Shown here one piece after another: positions 26,893 to 36,928 of a stretch of DNA of 43,423 bases. The translations under genes were made by a program, and so were the position numbers. The stretch's first letter is position 1. Every line of letters begins with the position of its first letter. Below the pieces are notes generated by a model. The model did not search any database. It was given only the letters and a program-made list of their open reading frames with translations, and had not been told where the DNA came from. The stretch covers positions 5,687-49,109 of the forward strand of contig DAORUL010000002.1 of assembly GCA_035433165.1 (NCBI GenBank), read 5' to 3'. The stretch is from Thermomonas sp. Lineage in GTDB: Bacteria; Pseudomonadota; Gammaproteobacteria; Xanthomonadales; Xanthomonadaceae.

Positions 26893-28218
26893 TCAGCGTG
26901 CGCTGCGGCGATCGCCTTGGCGCGGGCCGCGCTGGCTATCGCGCTGCGCCGGCTTTGGCCCGGTGTGGGCGTGAGCATGCGCTTCGACCGTGCGCGGCTT
27001 GCCGTGCGGACGACGATTGCGCGCAGCCGGGCGCGGGCCACGCGAGGCATTGTCGAACGGCTTGGCATCGCTGCGGATTGCGCGCGAAGGCGCAAACCCG
27101 GACACGGTGTCCATCACGATGTCGCGGCCGAGCAACTTCTGGATCTGGCGCAGCAAATGCGCTTCGTCCGGCGATACCAGCGAAATCGCTTCGCCGGTAG
27201 CACCGTTGCGGCCGGTGCGGCCAATGCGGTGCACGTAGTCTTCCGCCACCATCGGCAAGTCGTGGTTGATCACCAGCGGCAGCTGCGGAATATCCAACCC
27301 GCGTGCGGCCACGTCGGTGGCCACCAGGATGCGGGTCTTGCCGGATTTGAATTCGTTCAGCGCTTTCTGGCGTGCGGCCTGGCTCTTGTTGCCATGAATC
27401 GCCAGTGCCGGCAAACCGGCATCGCAGAGTTGTTCGGCCAAACGGTTGCAGCCGTGCTTGGTCTTGCCGAACACCAGCACCTGTTCGGTGTGGCGCTGCG
27501 CCAGAATCTGCACCAGCAGGTCACGCTTCTTGTTGCCATCCACCGGGTGCGCACGGTGACTGATGGTTTCGATCACGGTGTTCTGCGCCGCCACCTGTAC
27601 CTGCTGCGGATTCTTCAGAAAGTCCAGTGCCAGCGCCTTGATGCGCGGCTCGAACGTGGCCGAAAACAGCAGGGTCTGGCGCTGCTGCGGCACGTGCTTC
27701 ATCACGCGCTGGATCGACGGCAAAAAGCCCATATCCAGCATGCGGTCGGCTTCATCCAGCACCAGCATCTGCACGTCACCCAGCTTGCAGGTACCGCGCT
27801 CCAGATGGTCGATCAAGCGGCCCGGGCAGGCCACCAGCACGTCCACGCCACGACGGAACGCATCAATCTGCGGCTGCATGCCCACGCCACCGAACAGCGC
27901 GGTGACGTTCAAGCGCAGATATTTGGCATAGCTGCGCAGGTTGTCGCTGACCTGCACCGCCAATTCGCGGGTGGGGGTCAGAATCAGCGCGCGCGGACGA
28001 TGCACGCCTTGCGGCTTGGGCAATTCGGCCAATTTTTGCAATAACGGCAAGCCAAACGCGGCGGTCTTGCCGGTGCCGGTTTGCGCCCCGCCCAGCACGT
28101 CGTGGCCAGCCAGCACCAGCGGGATCGCTTGTGCCTGGATGGGGGTGGGAGTGGTGTAGTGATTGTCGGCAAGCGCGCGCAGCAAGCCAGGCGCAAGGCC
28201 AAGGGTTTCAAACGACAT
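26893..28218 (-). CDS. rhlE: DEAD-box RNA helicase (RhlE-like)
   Basis: PTPIQ, AQTGTGKT, PTRELA, DEAD, SAT, ARGLD, HRIGRTGR, basic tail; GGAG before ATG 28218. Confidence 0.9.
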   Translation of the reverse strand: MSFETLGLAPGLLRALADNHYTTPTPIQAQAIPLVLAGHDVLGGAQTGTGKTAAFGLPLLQKLAELPKPQGVHRPRALILTPTRELAVQVSDNLRSYAKYLRLNVTALFGGVGMQPQIDAFRRGVDVLVACPGRLIDHLERGTCKLGDVQMLVLDEADRMLDMGFLPSIQRVMKHVPQQRQTLLFSATFEPRIKALALDFLKNPQQVQVAAQNTVIETISHRAHPVDGNKKRDLLVQILAQRHTEQVLVFGKTKHGCNRLAEQLCDAGLPALAIHGNKSQAARQKALNEFKSGKTRILVATDVAARGLDIPQLPLVINHDLPMVAEDYVHRIGRTGRNGATGEAISLVSPDEAHLLRQIQKLLGRDIVMDTVSGFAPSRAIRSDAKPFDNASRGPRPAARNRRPHGKPRTVEAHAHAHTGPKPAQRDSQRGPRQGDRRSAR

Positions 28219-28426
28219 CGGGAACTCCGGGGTGTCAAAGCCACGCGCAAGGCGTGGGCGAACCCGTGCGATTCCCAAGAAACCACGCACGAGCCGGCAG
28301 ATGGCACGACGCCGGAACTCCGGGCCGTGTCTGCGCGACGAAAGGCGTGTGGGGAAAACGAGCCGCAAAGGCGGCGGGCGTGACCGGGAATAACGATCAG
28401 GCGTGCGCAGAATCCGGCAGAGTCTA
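28219..28426 (-). promoter_or_regulatory. Long structured 5' leader of rhlE with candidate -10 element
   Basis: TAGACT on the minus strand at 28426-28421; several short hairpins; CCCGGAGTTCC occurs twice. Confidence 0.45.
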
Positions 28427-28584
28427 CGCCAAACCCGCCGCGCCTGCCGGCGCAGATGAATTTTCCGTTCACGATGCCCTGCCGCGATTGCGGCATGCGC
28501 CGTGGTTTTCAAGTCCCGCCAAGCATGGCACTCTGCGGCGATTCCGCCCCACCCCTTCCTTCGCCCTGACTCTCTGGCACCCAC

Positions 28585-28932
28585 ATGAAACTTGAAGTTC
28601 GAATGGCCCAATGGCTGCTGGCCAGCGTGTTTATCGTGCTGGGCGGCTTTCGCCTGTGGCAGGCGCTGCACGGCGTGCAGATGAGCAATATGACCTTGCT
28701 GATGAGTACCGGCGAAGTGCTGCTGGGGGTGTTGATTGCGGCCGGTTGGCAGTTGCGGGCGATGACCCTGATCGCGGCGACCTTGCTACTGGTGGACGCC
28801 GCGCTGTCGCACCCGTTTTGGCATTTTTCGGGCGCGGCAGTGGGCCCGCAATTACTGCAATTCATGAAGAACATGGGACTGGTGGGCGGGCTGGTACTGC
28901 TGTCCACCGCCGGTGGCGCGAAGCGGCGCTGA
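28585..28932 (+). CDS. DoxX family membrane protein
   Basis: 115 aa, 4 hydrophobic segments, HPFW and FMKNMGLVGGL motifs. Confidence 0.8.
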   Translation: MKLEVRMAQWLLASVFIVLGGFRLWQALHGVQMSNMTLLMSTGEVLLGVLIAAGWQLRAMTLIAATLLLVDAALSHPFWHFSGAAVGPQLLQFMKNMGLVGGLVLLSTAGGAKRR

Positions 28933-28936
28933 CCGC

Positions 28937-30310
28937 TTATACCTCCAGCGTCATCCCCGGCCGCGCCAGCGTAGCCTGCACCCCAAAGCGCTCGTGAATC
29001 TCGCCGGCCAGCGCCTCGCGGGCCAGATCTTCGCCATGCACCAGTGCCAACGGTGGCGAAGGCCGGAAGCCGGCATACCAGTCCAGCAAGCCCTGCTGGT
29101 CGGCGTGTGCAGACAGCCCGCCCACGGTATGCCGATGCGCATTCACCCGCACATCGTGGCCGTGGATGCGCACCCAACGCGCACCGTCCACCAGCCTGCG
29201 GCCCAAGGTGCCTTCGGCCTGATAGCCGACAAACACCATCCGCGTCTGCCGCTTGGGCAGGCATTGCCGCATGTGGTGCAGGATGCGGCCGCCACTGGCC
29301 ATGCCGTTGCCCGCAATGATGATGGCCCCGCCGTGGATGCGGTTGATCGACATCGACTCTTCGGCGGTTTGGGTGACGCGCAGATTGGGCAGGCGGAATG
29401 GGTTGGGTGTGCCGCGCCAGATTTCACGCGCTTCGGCATCAAATAATTCATGGTGATGGTCGTACACCTCGACCACCTTGGAAGCCATCGGGCTATCCAG
29501 AAAAATCTTCCAGCGCGACATATCCCAATCACTCCAGTGCCGCGCAAACCAGTACAGCAACTCCTGCGTGCGGCCCACCGCAAACGCCGGAATCAGCACA
29601 TTGCCGTGGTCGTGCCAGGCGGCCTCCAGGATTTCACTCAACTCAAGGACGGTTTCGCTGCGCTGCTTGTGATTGCGATTGCCGTAGGTGGACTCCATCA
29701 GCAGCAGGTCGGCATCGGCCACCGGTGTGGGATCGCGCAAAATCGGCGCATTCGGCATCCCCAAGTCGCCGGAGAACACCAGTTTCCTGCCATCGGCCCA
29801 CAGCTCCACAATGGCCGAGCCGAGAATATGGCCGGCATCGCGGAAGGCAATTTCAACGCCCTCCAGAATCTGCGTGCGCGCGGCATAATCCAATGGATGC
29901 AACTGCGACAACGTGTCGCGCACATCCTCACGGGTGTACAGCGGCACCGCTTTGGGCTGCCCCGGTTTGCGCTTGCGGTTGCTGCGCTCGGCGTCGTTCT
30001 CCTGGATGGAGGCCGAATCCAGCAGCATGATCGGCAACAAATCCGCGGTTGCACGCTGGGTGAAAATGGGGCCGTCAAATCCGGCCATCGTCAGCCGTGG
30101 CACGCGCCCCACATGGTCGATGTGGGCATGGCTGAGGATCAGCGCGTCGATCTGGGTAGCGTCAAATGGGAATGCCGCAAAATTGCGCGCATCTGCCTCC
30201 GGGCTGCCCTGCACCATGCCGCAGTCCAGCAGGATGCGCTTGCCGGCCGCTTCGATCAGGTGCATCGAGCCGGTGACATCACCCGCCGCGCCGTGAAAAT
30301 GAACTTCCAT
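28937..30310 (-). CDS. MBL-fold beta-CASP nuclease (Ysh1/CPSF73-like)
   Basis: VTGS, LLDCG, HAHIDH, AGHILGS, SGD, ESTYG, PAFAVGR, GYQAEGT, LSAHAD, VHGE; AGGAG RBS before ATG 30310. Confidence 0.92.
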   Translation of the reverse strand: MEVHFHGAAGDVTGSMHLIEAAGKRILLDCGMVQGSPEADARNFAAFPFDATQIDALILSHAHIDHVGRVPRLTMAGFDGPIFTQRATADLLPIMLLDSASIQENDAERSNRKRKPGQPKAVPLYTREDVRDTLSQLHPLDYAARTQILEGVEIAFRDAGHILGSAIVELWADGRKLVFSGDLGMPNAPILRDPTPVADADLLLMESTYGNRNHKQRSETVLELSEILEAAWHDHGNVLIPAFAVGRTQELLYWFARHWSDWDMSRWKIFLDSPMASKVVEVYDHHHELFDAEAREIWRGTPNPFRLPNLRVTQTAEESMSINRIHGGAIIIAGNGMASGGRILHHMRQCLPKRQTRMVFVGYQAEGTLGRRLVDGARWVRIHGHDVRVNAHRHTVGGLSAHADQQGLLDWYAGFRPSPPLALVHGEDLAREALAGEIHERFGVQATLARPGMTLEV

Positions 30311-30424
30311 GCAACTGCTCCTGGAGGATGACCAGTGCAGGGTACCGCAGACCCCGACTTCCGGCAGATGCCGACCGCCATCACATTCCGGCATGCTGTA
30401 CACGTTCGCTCACCGGAAATTTCC

Positions 30425-31801
30425 ATGCGCATCCTTTCCCTTGCCTGCGCGCTCGCGCTAGGCAGTTCCAGTTTCGCCAGTTTTGCGGTCACGCCCCCTA
30501 CCGCAGCCAAGGTGCCGGGCAGCGAAGCGATCGTCAGCAAGACGCTGCCCAATGGGCTGCAAATCATCGTCTGGCCTGACCATGACATCCCCAATGCCAA
30601 TTTCTATACCTTCTACAAAGTCGGCAGCCGCAACGAATACCCCGGCATCACCGGGCTGGCGCATTTTTTCGAACACATGATGTTCAACGGCACCAGCCGT
30701 CGCGCACCCGGCGAATTCGACCGCATCATGGAAGCGTCCGGTGGCAGCAACAACGCCAGTACCAGCAATGACCGCACGGTGTACACCGACTGGTTCCCCA
30801 GCAGCGCGCTGGAAACCATTTTTGATTTGGAAGCCGACCGCATTGCGCATCTGGCTTTCGACGACAAGGTGATCGAAAGCGAACGCGGCGTGGTGTACAG
30901 CGAACGCCGTTCCAGCGTTGACAATCAGCCATTCGGTTCGCTGATCGAACAGATGCAGGCCACCGCGTTTACCGCACACCCCTACCAGTTCCCGACGATT
31001 GGTTATCCGTCCGACATCGAACGCTGGACGAAGGCGGATTTGCAGCAGTTTTTCAAGACGTATTACGCGCCCAACAACGCCGTGCTGGTGATTGCCGGTG
31101 ATGTGCAGCCGGCGCAGGTGTTTGCGATGGCAGACAAATATCTCGCACCGATTGCACGCCAACCGGCTCCGCGCGAGATCACGACGATTGAGCCGGAACA
31201 ACACGGCGAACGTCGCTTGCTGCTGGAACGCCCCGACGCGCAAACCCCGATTGTCGCCTTCGCCTATCACAGCGGCAGCAACGAAGGCGGCAAGGATACC
31301 CCGGCACTGGCGCTGCTGAATACCATTCTGGCGCAAGGCGTGTCTTCCCGCCTGCACCAGCGACTGGTGGAAAAGGAACAGGCTGCGGTGGATGCCGGAG
31401 CATTTGTCGAGAATGGCTACAACCCCGGCCTGCTGTGGGTGTATGCGGCCTTGCCGCCCGGTGGAGATTCAGCCAAGGCCGAGGCGTTGCTGGATGACGA
31501 ACTGGCCAAGCTGGGCCGCGATGGGGTGAGCAATGCGGAAATGGAGAAAGCACGCAACCTCAAGCTCTCTGCGTTCTGGCGCGGCATGGCCACGATCAAT
31601 GGCAAGGCACAGGCACTCGGCGACTATCAGACGTTTTACGGCGACTATAAAAAACTATTCGATGCTCCCGCTGCGTATGCCGCAGTGACCGCCGCTGATG
31701 TGCAGGCGTTGGCACAAAAAATTCTGCGCAAATCCAACCGCACCGTCGGCTGGGTGGTCCCGACCCCACACGCCCCGGCCCGCAAGGAGGCCACCCCATG
31801 A
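30425..31801 (+). CDS. Exported M16B zinc peptidase, catalytic subunit
   Basis: Signal peptide, TLPNG, GLAHFFEHMMF (HxxEH), ERGVVYSE, YYAPNNA. Confidence 0.92.
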   Translation: MRILSLACALALGSSSFASFAVTPPTAAKVPGSEAIVSKTLPNGLQIIVWPDHDIPNANFYTFYKVGSRNEYPGITGLAHFFEHMMFNGTSRRAPGEFDRIMEASGGSNNASTSNDRTVYTDWFPSSALETIFDLEADRIAHLAFDDKVIESERGVVYSERRSSVDNQPFGSLIEQMQATAFTAHPYQFPTIGYPSDIERWTKADLQQFFKTYYAPNNAVLVIAGDVQPAQVFAMADKYLAPIARQPAPREITTIEPEQHGERRLLLERPDAQTPIVAFAYHSGSNEGGKDTPALALLNTILAQGVSSRLHQRLVEKEQAAVDAGAFVENGYNPGLLWVYAALPPGGDSAKAEALLDDELAKLGRDGVSNAEMEKARNLKLSAFWRGMATINGKAQALGDYQTFYGDYKKLFDAPAAYAAVTAADVQALAQKILRKSNRTVGWVVPTPHAPARKEATP

Positions 31802-33204
31802 GCCGCCTCGCCCAATTGTTCACCTTGCTTGTGGCCACTTGCATCAGCTTGAGCACACAGGCCGGCACCACCGGCACTGGCGTGCACTTGCCTGAATACA
31901 CCACGACCACCTTGCCCAATGGCGCCACCGTCTTGCTGATGCCGCGCCACGACGTACCGATGATTGCAGCCTCGGTATGGGTGCGCGGCGGATCACTGGC
32001 CGATGCAGCGGGCAAGGAAGGCACCGCCTCGCTGCTGGCTGACTTGATGGAAAAAGGCGCGGGCGAACGTGATGCGCTGGCATTTGCACAAACCGTGGAT
32101 GGTGCCGGCGGCAGCCTGAGTTTTGGCAGCTCACGCGAGGCCATCGTGGCCAGTGCGCAATTTCTGTCGAAGGACTCGGGCTTGATGCTGTCGCTGCTGG
32201 GCGATGCCCTGCTGCGGCCACGCATGGAGGCGGCCGAATTCGACAAATTGAAAAAGCGCGCCATCGACGCCATCGCCAGTGCCAAGGACGGGGATCCGCG
32301 CGGCCTGATTCGCAACTACACCAATGCCTGGCTGTTCCAGCAGCATCCGTATGCGCGCCCGGCCGATGGCGACCCAACCAGCCTGGCGCGGATCAGCATG
32401 GATGACCTGAAAGCCTTTCGCAATCAGCAAATGGGCGGCGATCGCCTGATCATTGCCATCGTCGGCGACTTCGACTCCGCGGTGATCGGCAAGCAAGTTC
32501 AGAGCACCTTCGGCAGCTGGGCCAAGGCCCATGCAGCATTGCCATTGGTGACTGCCGCGCAACCGCGCAACGGTCGCCGCGTGCTGTTGGTGGACAAGCC
32601 CGGTGCCACCCAAACTTATTTCACATTGGCCAATCTCGGCACTCGCCACGGCGACCCCGACGAAGCCGCACAAAATGTGGTGCAAACCGTGTTTGGCGGG
32701 CGTTTTACGTCGATGATCAATACCGCACTGCGAATCAAATCAGGGCTGAGTTATGGCGCAGCCTCGCAACTGGAGCGTCCCCGGTTGCCGGGTACGGTGG
32801 CAATCACCAGCTACACCAAAACCGATTCCACCAAGGCCGCGATTGATCTGGCCATCAGCACCCTGGATTTGCTGCACCAACAGCCCCTGGATTCACAGGC
32901 CATCGACTCGGCCAAGCACTACATCGCCGGGCAATTTGCTCCGGGGCTGGAAACCTCGCCGCAACTGGCCGCTGAATTGGCCAATATGGCGCTCTACGGG
33001 GATGACCGCGATGAAGTCGACGGCTACCTGGGCCGCATTGCTGCCGCCAGCCCTGAGCAGATCAACGCCGCGCGAAAGGTGTTTCCCGACGCTGCGGATG
33101 TGGTCATCGTTGCCATCGGCGATGCGGCCAAAATCCGCAGCGTGATGCAGGCATACGGCCCGTTGACCGAAATGAAACTGACCGATCCACGCTATTTGCC
33201 CTGA
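31798..33204 (+). CDS. Exported M16B non-catalytic partner subunit
   Basis: M16 fold (TLPNG, LRIKSGLSY R/Y pair) without HxxEH; ATGA overlap with the catalytic subunit. Confidence 0.88.
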   Translation: MSRLAQLFTLLVATCISLSTQAGTTGTGVHLPEYTTTTLPNGATVLLMPRHDVPMIAASVWVRGGSLADAAGKEGTASLLADLMEKGAGERDALAFAQTVDGAGGSLSFGSSREAIVASAQFLSKDSGLMLSLLGDALLRPRMEAAEFDKLKKRAIDAIASAKDGDPRGLIRNYTNAWLFQQHPYARPADGDPTSLARISMDDLKAFRNQQMGGDRLIIAIVGDFDSAVIGKQVQSTFGSWAKAHAALPLVTAAQPRNGRRVLLVDKPGATQTYFTLANLGTRHGDPDEAAQNVVQTVFGGRFTSMINTALRIKSGLSYGAASQLERPRLPGTVAITSYTKTDSTKAAIDLAISTLDLLHQQPLDSQAIDSAKHYIAGQFAPGLETSPQLAAELANMALYGDDRDEVDGYLGRIAAASPEQINAARKVFPDAADVVIVAIGDAAKIRSVMQAYGPLTEMKLTDPRYLP

Positions 33205-33224
33205 GCCGCCACCCCGGGCCAGAT

Positions 33225-33256
33225 GCGGGTGCCGGCGCATGACCTCCGGCACCCGC
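33225..33256 (+). terminator. 11-bp perfect hairpin after the M16 pair
   Basis: GCGGGTGCCGG-N10-CCGGCACCCGC; no U-tract. Confidence 0.45.
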
Positions 33257-33338
33257 CGCGCCCAACGGCAATGTTTACAGTGCACACAACGCGGCCCAGT
33301 GCCGCGTCCTTGTTTCCATCCTCACCGGAGTCCTCGCC

Positions 33339-35435
33339 GTGAATGCCCCCAAAACACTGCTGCTGTCGCTGTCGATTGCCGCCACCCTGTCGGCCTGCCA
33401 GAAGCCTGCCGACAAGCCCGCCACCGAAAACGCCCCAGCCAAACCGGAAGCAGTTGCTTACACCCTGGATGAGTCCAAGCTGCCGCCGGTCAATCGCTTC
33501 CTGCCCGCTGATTTGGATACCAGCAAGAGCGCGTGCACTGATTTTTCCGGTTACGTCAACGGCAAGTGGCTAGCAGCCAATACCATCCCCGGCGATCGCA
33601 GCAGCTGGGGCGCGTTCGAAATGCTGGATGAACGTTCACAGGGCGTGCAGCGTCAACTTGCGGAACAAGCCTCCGCAAAATCCGGTGCCACGGGCGTGGA
33701 CAAGTTGATTGGCGATTTTTGGGCCAGCGGGATGGATGCTGCCAAGATCAACGCACAAGGGTTGTCACCACTGAAGCCGCAACTGGATGCCATTGCCGGG
33801 CTGGATAGCCAAGCCAAGATCGCCGACTACCTGCGGAGCAGCGCGGCCAAGGGTGAAAACATCCTGTTCGGATTTGGCCCGGAAGCCGACTTCAAGGACT
33901 CCACCATGAACATTGCCTATGCCGCGCAAGGCGGCCTGGGCTTGCCCGATCGCGGCTATTACTTCGACAAGGACAAGGCCGACAAGCTGGCCGCCTATCA
34001 GGCGCACGTGGCCAAGGTGCTGGCGCTCTCCGGCGTGCCCGCAGCCGATGCCGCCACCCAGGCCAAGGATGTGGTGGCATTTGAAACCCGGCTGGCCAAG
34101 GTTTCCAAATCCAGCGAAGAAATGTCGCGTGATGTGTCGCTGTTCTACAATCCGATCAGCCCGGCGGATGCCGACAAGCTGACCCCGAACTTCCCGTGGA
34201 CGAAGTTCTTCGAATCACAGGGCGTGGCCGTGCCGAAGATGTTCTCGCTGGCCATTCCCGCCTTCCACCAAGAAGTCAGCAAGATGCTGGCCGATGTGCC
34301 TGCAGCCCAATGGCAAAGCTATCTGCGCTTCCACACCATCGACAGCGCTGCGCCGTATCTGTCGGACGACTTTGCCAATGAACGGTTTGATTTCTACGGC
34401 AAGACGTTGCGTGGGCAAAAGGAAATGAAGGAACGCGGCAAGCGCGTGCTGGGCACGATTGAAGAAGAAGCCGGCGAAGCGATGGGCCAGCTTTACGTCA
34501 AGGTCGCCTTCCCGGCCGAATCCAAGGCACGCATGGAGCAGCTGGTCAAGCATTTGCGTGATGCGTTGAAGGTGCGCATCGAACACTTGGCATGGATGAG
34601 CGATGCCACCAAGAAAAAGGCATTGGACAAGTGGGCCAGCTTCACACCCAAGATCGGCTATCCGGACAAGTGGCGCAGCTGGGAAGGCTTGGCCACCCAG
34701 CGTGACAGCTATATCGACAATGTGCTGGCCGCCAATGCATTCAATTACCAATGGGCCATGGGCAAGATCGGCAAGCCGGTGGACAAGACCGAATGGGGCA
34801 TGAGCCCGCAAACCGTCAACGCCTACTACAACCCGTCACAGAACGAAATCGTGTTCCCGGCCGCCATTTTGCAGCCGCCGTTCTTCGATCCCAAGGCGGA
34901 TGATGCCACCAACTATGGCGGCATCGGTGCGGTCATCGGCCATGAAATGACCCACGGCTATGATGATCAGGGCAGCCGCTTTGGCCCCACCGGCAATTTC
35001 GAAAATTGGTGGACACCGGAAGATGCCAAGGGGTTTGGCGGGCGTACCGACAAACTCATCGCACAGTTCTCCAGCTATCTGGCCGGCCCCGACCAACACG
35101 TCAACGGCAAACTCACCTTGGGTGAAAACATTGCCGACTTGGGCGGCATCAATACCGCCTATGACGCGATGCTGAAAGCTACCGAAGGCAAGCCCGATCC
35201 CAAGACCGATGGCTTCACCCGTGACCAGCGCTTCTTCCTCAATTGGGGCACGGTGTGGCGTCGCAACTTCACCCCGCAGGAACTCAACGTGCGCCTGACC
35301 ACCGATCCGCACGCACCGGCCAACTTCCGTGCCATTGGCGCGCCCAGCAACATGCCCGCATTCGCCCAGGCCTTCGGTTGCAAAGCCGGTGATCCGATGA
35401 TGCGCGGCGGTGACCAGCAAGTGGCGATTTGGTAA
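33339..35435 (+). CDS. M13 family metallopeptidase (PepO-like lipoprotein)
   Basis: LSAC lipobox, VNAYY, HEMTH, GENIAD, DPHAP; GGAG RBS before GTG. Confidence 0.94.
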   Translation: MNAPKTLLLSLSIAATLSACQKPADKPATENAPAKPEAVAYTLDESKLPPVNRFLPADLDTSKSACTDFSGYVNGKWLAANTIPGDRSSWGAFEMLDERSQGVQRQLAEQASAKSGATGVDKLIGDFWASGMDAAKINAQGLSPLKPQLDAIAGLDSQAKIADYLRSSAAKGENILFGFGPEADFKDSTMNIAYAAQGGLGLPDRGYYFDKDKADKLAAYQAHVAKVLALSGVPAADAATQAKDVVAFETRLAKVSKSSEEMSRDVSLFYNPISPADADKLTPNFPWTKFFESQGVAVPKMFSLAIPAFHQEVSKMLADVPAAQWQSYLRFHTIDSAAPYLSDDFANERFDFYGKTLRGQKEMKERGKRVLGTIEEEAGEAMGQLYVKVAFPAESKARMEQLVKHLRDALKVRIEHLAWMSDATKKKALDKWASFTPKIGYPDKWRSWEGLATQRDSYIDNVLAANAFNYQWAMGKIGKPVDKTEWGMSPQTVNAYYNPSQNEIVFPAAILQPPFFDPKADDATNYGGIGAVIGHEMTHGYDDQGSRFGPTGNFENWWTPEDAKGFGGRTDKLIAQFSSYLAGPDQHVNGKLTLGENIADLGGINTAYDAMLKATEGKPDPKTDGFTRDQRFFLNWGTVWRRNFTPQELNVRLTTDPHAPANFRAIGAPSNMPAFAQAFGCKAGDPMMRGGDQQVAIW

Positions 35436-35463
35436 CGCGCGACCGCTTTGCTGCATGAAGCCA

Positions 35464-35492
35464 CACAGGGCCCGGCATGTCCGGGCCTTGTG
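35464..35492 (+). terminator. Probable intrinsic terminator
   Basis: CACAGGGCCCGG-CATGT-CCGGGCCTTGTG shortly after the M13 stop. Confidence 0.6.
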
Positions 35493-35544
35493 CGTTGCGG
35501 GGGTATCCTTGCCACATCACGAACCACTCATCGCGCACACCTTC

Positions 35545-36696
35545 ATGCACACCCCACCCCACCGCAGTCACGGCTGGAACAACGATGCGGTGACCCCCGA
35601 TTGGCCGGCGCTGCATGTCACGGAAGTGCACACGCTGCTGGATCGTTTTCCGGCGTTACGCGGCGAGGCGCGCATCGACTGGCACAGCCCACGTCCGTTT
35701 TCCGCCGCCGCACGTGTGCACGCCAATGCAAGCAACGTGTTCGTGAAGCGGCACCATCGTCGCGTGCGCACGCCACAAGCCTTGCGCGAAGAACACGCCT
35801 TCATCGCCCATCTGAACAGTCACGGGCTGCCGGTGCCGACCGTGCTTGCCGATGCCGACGGCCACACCGCGATTGCAAGTGGCGAGTGGACATATGAAGT
35901 ACACGCGCTGGCCACGGGTCTAGATGTCTATCGGGATGCCGCGTCGTGGACACCTCCACTTTCCCTCGATCATGCGTTCAACGCAGGGCACATGTTGGCG
36001 CAGCTGCATGTCGCCGCGGCAGATTTCGATGCCCCCGTGCGCAGTACCACTTTGCTGGTTGCCCGGGACACCCTCCTGCGCGCACCGGATTTGACCGCCG
36101 CCATCGCAGCCCAATGCGCAGCACGTCCGGCACTGGCCGATGCACTGCACGTGCGCGATTGGCGCAGGCAAATCAGCGCACTGCTTCCGCGCCATGCCAG
36201 ATTGCAGCCGCAACTGGCCCACCAACCACGCTTGTGGACGCACGGTGACTGGCATGTCTCCAATTTGTTTTGGCAGCCAGTGCGCAACCCTGCCCAGGTC
36301 AGCAGCATTCTCGACTTCGGGCTGTGTGCCCCAACCTTTGCCCTGTTCGATCTTGCCACCGCGATCGAGCGCAATGCGATTGCATGGATGCAACTGGAGC
36401 AAGGCATGCATGCCATCTATCCGGACATCGCACGGCAATTGATTGCAGGCTATGGAAAGGTGTTGCCACTCTCGCCACGACAACGCGGCTTGCTGGCCGA
36501 GTTACTGCCGCTGGTGCATCTGGATTTCGCCCTCTCCGAAGTGGAGTACTTCCACGCCATCACATGTAAATCCGCTGATGTTGAATTGGCTTGGTCAGCA
36601 TTTTTCCTGGGCCACGCTGCCTGGTTTGACAGCACGCCGGGGCAGCAGTTGCTGGATGTCATCCGAGCACCGGCTGCTTCGCCCACACTGGCCTGA
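35545..36696 (+). CDS. APH/choline kinase-like phosphotransferase (candidate thiamine-salvage kinase)
   Basis: FVKRH, Brenner motif HGDWHVSN, ILDFG, FDLA; adjacent to the TPP riboswitch operon. Confidence 0.8.
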   Translation: MHTPPHRSHGWNNDAVTPDWPALHVTEVHTLLDRFPALRGEARIDWHSPRPFSAAARVHANASNVFVKRHHRRVRTPQALREEHAFIAHLNSHGLPVPTVLADADGHTAIASGEWTYEVHALATGLDVYRDAASWTPPLSLDHAFNAGHMLAQLHVAAADFDAPVRSTTLLVARDTLLRAPDLTAAIAAQCAARPALADALHVRDWRRQISALLPRHARLQPQLAHQPRLWTHGDWHVSNLFWQPVRNPAQVSSILDFGLCAPTFALFDLATAIERNAIAWMQLEQGMHAIYPDIARQLIAGYGKVLPLSPRQRGLLAELLPLVHLDFALSEVEYFHAITCKSADVELAWSAFFLGHAAWFDSTPGQQLLDVIRAPAASPTLA

Positions 36697-36726
36697 AGCG
36701 CTGCACTGTGGTTCAATGCGCGCCAT

Positions 36727-36805
36727 GAAGCGGGGGTGCCTGGCGTTGCCGGGCTGAGAGAGTCCCTTGGAACCTGATCCGGTTTGCACCGGCGTAGGGA
36801 GCTTG
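36727..36805 (+). ncRNA. TPP (thi-box) riboswitch aptamer
   Basis: GGGGTG...GCTGAGAG...CCCTTGGAACCTGATCCGGTTTGCACCGGCGTAGGGA consensus; P1 AAGC/GCTT. Confidence 0.95.
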
Positions 36806-36928
36806 ATTCGAACAGTCTGGCCATGCCTTGTGCAGGGCCACGCACATGCCACCGGTATGTGGATGCTTCCAGCATGATGTGTTCGTCGTCGCTTCGTCCC
36901 TCCTTCAGACGATTGCCGACGACCCACC

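Noticed and set aside
28219-28671. 151-aa N-terminal extension of the helicase ORF
   Set aside because: The typical MSFETLGL start with GGAG is at 28218; the extension is not protein-like and overlaps DoxX.
35545-36696. Aminoglycoside resistance gene
   Set aside because: Only the generic APH/choline kinase fold motifs are present; context points to vitamin salvage and there is no mobile element.
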